The notes beneath the pieces were generated by a model that was not told the origin of the DNA, did not search any database, and saw only the letters and a list, made by a program, of their open reading frames with translations. From Schmidtea polychroa (lineage: Eukaryota), in assembly GCA_044892525.1 (NCBI GenBank), contig CM097885.1, forward strand, positions 47,741,727-47,805,726: a stretch of 64,000 nucleotides of DNA, in the 5' to 3' direction. How positions within the stretch are numbered: the stretch's first letter is position 1; each line of letters opens with the position of its first letter. This document shows, in pieces, positions 34,201-40,200 of this stretch. A program made the position numbers and the translations under genes.

Positions 34201-37200
34201 GGGAATATTGGAAATGGTATATTGGTATAACCTAGCACCCAATGACAAGTGCGGAACGCCGCCGTCTTCATCCGTGTTTTCATATTGCTGGAAAGGAGTT
34301 GGCGCTTGTTATACAGAAGAGAAGACACAGGACACGTCATTCCAAGTTGGCGATGCAGTTTACGTTAAACCACCAAATGCGAAGTGCACATCGACATGGG
34401 GTGAAGGGATTGTAACGAAGGTAAATTCATCGACTAATTTCCAGATCAACGGGATTCCGCGACACTATTCCGGCATACGACCGGCTGTCAACGAAGCGTC
34501 AGTGGAGAACAGCGACAATGATGGATTAACAGACGTAGACAATCCTATACTCAACTCACTTCGCCGAGATGAACGTAGAGGCAGGACGAAAAGACCTCGT
34601 TATCTTGATGATTTTGAAACCAGTTTTATCGAGAACGAAGATGAAAATCACGCGGAGATGTAATTGCATAATTAAATTTGTTTTAATATGCAGATTTTGT
34701 GAAAAAAATAGAATTTAAAAAAACGTTGTGATTTCCTTGTGTCAATAAAACTTCAAATGGAAAAAATATTAGTGGTGAAATAGGAAAAGAAAGTTCTTAT
34801 AACATTATAATTGAATCAATAATAATTTATAAGCAATGTTTTCTATTCAATAACTATTCAATTTTGAGAATAAATAAAGTATTTTTCCTATTTGATTGCA
34901 TTAGACATATTATAAGTAGAAAACTTACCTAGAGCACTGAAATTGATGGACTTGATATCTAAACCAGCACCGATTAGACCAAATAAGAAAGGTTGGAAGA
35001 GCCACCATAAAAAGTCTGTTAGCTTGGTTATTGGATTACTAAAGATATTAATTATTGTCATAATTATTTGTCATATTAAAATATTATTTATATAAATAAT
35101 TGGATTTTAGCGGGAAAGACATAATTTATTTGATGGATTCCCAAAATATTCTAGCCCATAACCGCCGTTGGTGATTTACTCAATCATGTAGCTTACACAT
35201 ACTGTAGATGAGTTTTTCACTGTGACCAACCAAAACATTATTACCTTAGTTTTAAAAATATAATTCGTGCGAAAAAACGTCAGAATTTGTGTTTCTAGCT
35301 CTAAACTGTATTGCGCATAAAAGAAAATAAAATTATTAAAAAAATTTAATTGAGAAAATCAAAACAATTTATTTATAAATACTTAATTGGTTAACTTCAT
35401 TAACCCTTTAATGGACAATGACGTGTATACACGTCATACTACTGCGTTCTACTACAGCAACTAAAAAAGTGCGTCCGCGAAAGGGTTAAAATATCATCAG
35501 AATAAAATGTTAGTGTTTCTAGGTCCTCAATTACAGTGGATGACATATTAATTGGATTCATAACAAATTCTTCATCAACAATATCACTCGAGTTCTCTAG
35601 GGGTTTTAATACATTATGTTCACAAATTTCCGGAAATCATTTTTATACAATCTTCCGTAAATTCACCCACTGTTCCCAGTTATTTCTTAGTTAACGATTA
35701 TATTCAATGTGTGTAGGAGTTTCGTTAGCCCAGCTGGTATTACTAAAGTCTCTAGCCACTCAGTTAAAAATTTCTTTTTTTCGTTCATCCTTTAGATTTA
35801 CCTTTACTACAATTGTTGGTAGAAAATTCCCTTAAAGAGCTATTTTTTGTTTAACAATGACCACCGACTTGAATTTATCGGAATAGCAGTGAAAAATAAT
35901 AAAACTATGAAATTACTCTTTTCCCTTTCATCAGTGACAACACTCACTCATGTTCAAATATTTGTTCAAATATTGTAAAATTTTAAGGCATATGAAATCT
36001 CCATTTTGATAAATATTTTGAATAGTTCCACCAAATTGTTTCACTTCATAAAATTAAAACACCATTTCCAGAACTTTTAAAATATTCTACTCCAATTTTT
36101 CTTGTAATATTAAAGGCTTCAAGTCATATTTTTACGGTTCAGGTCCAGTCATCCTTAGATCTCTGTTCAACTATGTAATGCTTAAATTTTTCTTTTAGCC
36201 CTAGGCAACTTTTTTCTCTCTTAAAGACCACTTTCTCCTTAGCATTACTTCAACACCGGTTTAACTTTTCTTCATGTGCTAATGCAATTTCCTGCCACAT
36301 AATACATCCTTCTTGCTGCTCTACTACTGTTTTCTTCGTTAAAATTTAGTTGTTTCAATTTTTTTTCGGCATTATAAGCATATCTTTTTATCATTTGTAA
36401 GGATAGAATTGTTAATAAAAAAAATCAAAATAAAGTAATGTGCATTATAGACGAAATGAGCATCATTCATATTTTTTATTTATGGGTAATTTTTCCAGTA
36501 TGCATTTCATAAGAGAACACAGAAATTTAATTTTAATCAACGGTCTTCAACTGTTTGTGAAAATAAGGTAACAGTTTAAATGTAAAGATAAAGATAATGT
36601 ATGTTCTGCAATTGTTCAATTGACAATAAAATAACTGAGTAAACATGGACTTTGAAACAGCAACATACAAATAATACACTGGTACTACCAGATCTTGGTA
36701 AGCAAACTCAGCCTTTCCTTCAAACTTTAATTTATGAATCCATCCTATTGGGGATCTATTGGTTATTCTTTTTTGCAAATTCCAATTCTATTACCCTCAG
36801 TATTTAGATAAATTTATAAGTTTTACCCGTTTGTATTTCAAACTCAACATTGATTGCAAATCTTTTAAGAAACCTTAAAGAAACGATAAGTGGATCGATA
36901 ACAAAGAATAATCGTGTGAAGTTGAACAAGAAAGACTTTTCGTGATATTTAAGACTGATTTGCTTTAAAAAAATGTAATGTCACCTAAACTCCTTGAGTA
37001 AATACAATTGTAGAGCGCAATAAATAGCGATTTAAAGATAATTTTAAACAATAATTAAACTTTAAATTAAATAATATAGTTCAATCGCTTACGTTTAATT
37101 AACAATTTAATAGAACATCAATCATTTTGCTATTAAAATTGCATTTATTGTTCTACGTTTTAGTATGTGTTTCTAAAGATAAAATTTAATAGCCATTGAA

Positions 37201-40200
37201 CTTCTATTAGCTACTTTAAATGCGTTATAATTTTAAGCAAATTTATAATTTTCATTTATAACATCATTGAAGATTAACTAAAGCATTTGAAATTCTTTAC
37301 AAATTTATTAGTTATAACCCACCAAAATGACAGCTTTTTTCATGTCTAAATTTCAGCTTTAGATAATTAGTTATTTTTATGTTTTAGCACTGTATAAATA
37401 AAAACACACAATTCTCTTCTAAAAAGCTATTTTTATTTAAAACTTATTAAAAAATCAATAACTAATAATTAATTACTATTCATTTAAAAGCTTTAAATCT
37501 GCATAGCAGCCATACATTGTTAATTAGAAAACTATGTATTTAGATTAATTTATTTAAAAATTTTATTTTTTTAATATTTTAAAAACAGTTTTAATAGGAA
37601 CTTTTTTTTTGTTTTTGAACTGTTTTTATACAGACTCATTTTGTTTTTAGTATTTTTTACTTCGACCCTTTTATCTGTATATCAAATTTTAATTAAATTC
37701 AAAGATCTGCCGAAACCGCAATTGAAAATGCGTATAATGGTTTAAACAACAAAAACACAGAACCTTATCACCGATAAATTCATGCATCAGGATGATTTTA
37801 TTATTGTCATTAAGTGTATAAACTAGAAAAACGTCATTGACTTTAATAATAAAATGAAATGACGGAAAGATCAGTCTAAGTATCAAAGTTTTAATTATGA
37901 AACCCGCTAATAACTAAGTCATTAACGTTAAACTATAATTATTACTTAGTGAACATTCAAAATGAATTAGAAGTGCTCATAAATAATGCTGGTAAAAAGA
38001 ACAACTGTAATTGTTTATGAAAAATGCAAAAATAAAAGCAACTTGTATATGTTATGTATAAATTTAACAGAAGTATTCAGGAATAAAAATCTCATCAAAA
38101 TAAAATCAAAACAAGACAATTAGACGTAAAAAAAATATAAGTGTGAATTTACAGAAAATTAATGATGGGAAAAGTTAAAATAATAATAAAAAAATTAACC
38201 ATAAGAAACATGGCTTTTGAAACTTTCTATATTTCACTCTCTTAATTTCAACGTTTTCTTTTTAATCTGAAGTTAATGAATAGATAAGAATTTATATTGA
38301 AATAACACTAGATTTGACCTATATCAATATTTTTTAAATTAACCCACATTCCGTCATCGGATCGATCTGAAATTTTGATAGCATGCAGTGCTCTCGTTAG
38401 CGAATCTACTTGCCGAATTTCAGCTCAATCTGAGCACGGGATGTAGGTCAAATTGGCCTCACAAAATTTGCATGGCACAATCAATCATGAAGATAATATA
38501 GAGAGAATAATAAAGTTAACTTTTTGTAAATTTTTCAAGCAACTTATATTTTGTTTACATGGCTATCAGCAGTTTTTAATTTATATGTTAAATTTAATAT
38601 AATTCAGTCTACTTTAATGAATTCTGAATAATTTACATGCATATGCATCTGACACACGTACAAACAAATTATTGACGGTTATTATATTATTAATAATAAA
38701 GAAAATATTAATAATTATAAAGAAAATTCTAGATTTTTAGAATAGTAATATAGATAGATTTAATATTGTAAACTTAATATTTCTATTAGTTATTCAAAAA
38801 ACCTATTTCCATTAAAGGCTAAATCGAGAAACATTCTCATATTTTTGAAAATATGATTGTTAAATCTTATTTCATCCAAATTTAAAAAAGAGGAATAGTA
38901 TAACTCGCGGTATTTTAAAGAAAGATTTTGTTGTGCTGTTATTTCTAGAAAAACAGCTCTGTCCCACACTTTTCGTAATATTTTTTTGGTTAAATCAACT
39001 TTATTACAAAATAGTAAAACAGAGAACTGGGAAACATTAATATTTTACTTTCCTAGCATTTAAAAAATATCATGCGATGTAAACGTCGAGTCATTTTGAA
39101 AACTTTCAACATTTTTTTTGATATACACAGATTATTTGGTTCAGAACTTTTAAAGTGTGAATTTGGATCAATTTCACCACTTTCTAAATTGTAACGTTAT
39201 TTTAATCGTTCTAGCAAAATTTTTTCTCAATATCTGTGTTTATTTTGAAGTGCAGATTCCATTTAAAATTAGATTTAAATTTTCTTAATAATCATTAATA
39301 TTTTTTATAATAATTAATAACTCTGTAAAACCTGAAAAATGCAGCACGACTAAAATTGGTAATGGGGAGTAATATGATAGAAACGTATTTGTCGGGAAAA
39401 CCCAGGATCATAAATCCAGAGTGTTAAATGATAATCATTAATTAAACAGCCTACAAGAGTATAAAAAGAGGACGGGAACTTCAGAAATTTGGCTTTTGCA
39501 TTAAGTAAGAAACAAAGAAAGTGAGACCATTTAATTTATTGGAAACCATCACGAAAACACAGCCAAACGATCCATATGAAACAAGCGAGAGGAAGTAGAA
39601 AAATCAACGTTTGCAAATAAGTCCAGTACCATAACTATAGCTTTAGTCTCAAATTCCCCACTTAATAATTATTCCGAGTGTAATGGATATTATTAGAAAT
39701 ATCATATATGTAGGTTTTAATAAACAAAGTATTTGTATTTTTTATAAATAATTAAATTAATAAATTAATACAAACATTTCGAAACATCCCAAAACTGTTG
39801 CTAAACACACAGTAACAGAGATTTAATACAAAATACACATTCAGGCAATATTTGCGAGGATGCAAGAGTGAATGTTTCCATTGGGTAACTTTGTGACTAT
39901 ATTTTCACCATATCTCTCTAGTGTCTAGATAAATCCATTTTCTAAACCAATAAATACAGCAAGAGACAGATGTAAATAGATGGAAAGAATAGGAGGAATG
40001 AGGGAGGGGAAAATGTAGGATTTTATAAGAAAGGCATAGTATTGTCATTCTCATAATTTCACTTCGGAGTCTTTATTAAAATTCTTCTGTACTCAAGTAG
40101 ACCAAATATATTGACATTTATGATAGACGTTTTGACCAACTTCAAATGTCTTTCGAGCATTTTGGCAAATGATCAACTCACTTCCACAAATCCTCGATCT

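Larger units (their letters stand above)
31056..34755 (+). mobile_element. Compact Ty3/Gypsy LTR retrotransposon (3,700 bp)
   Basis: Identical 97-bp TG..CA LTRs (31056-31152, 34659-34755); 5-bp TSD AATGG; domain order gag-PR-RT-RH-IN. Confidence 0.97.
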
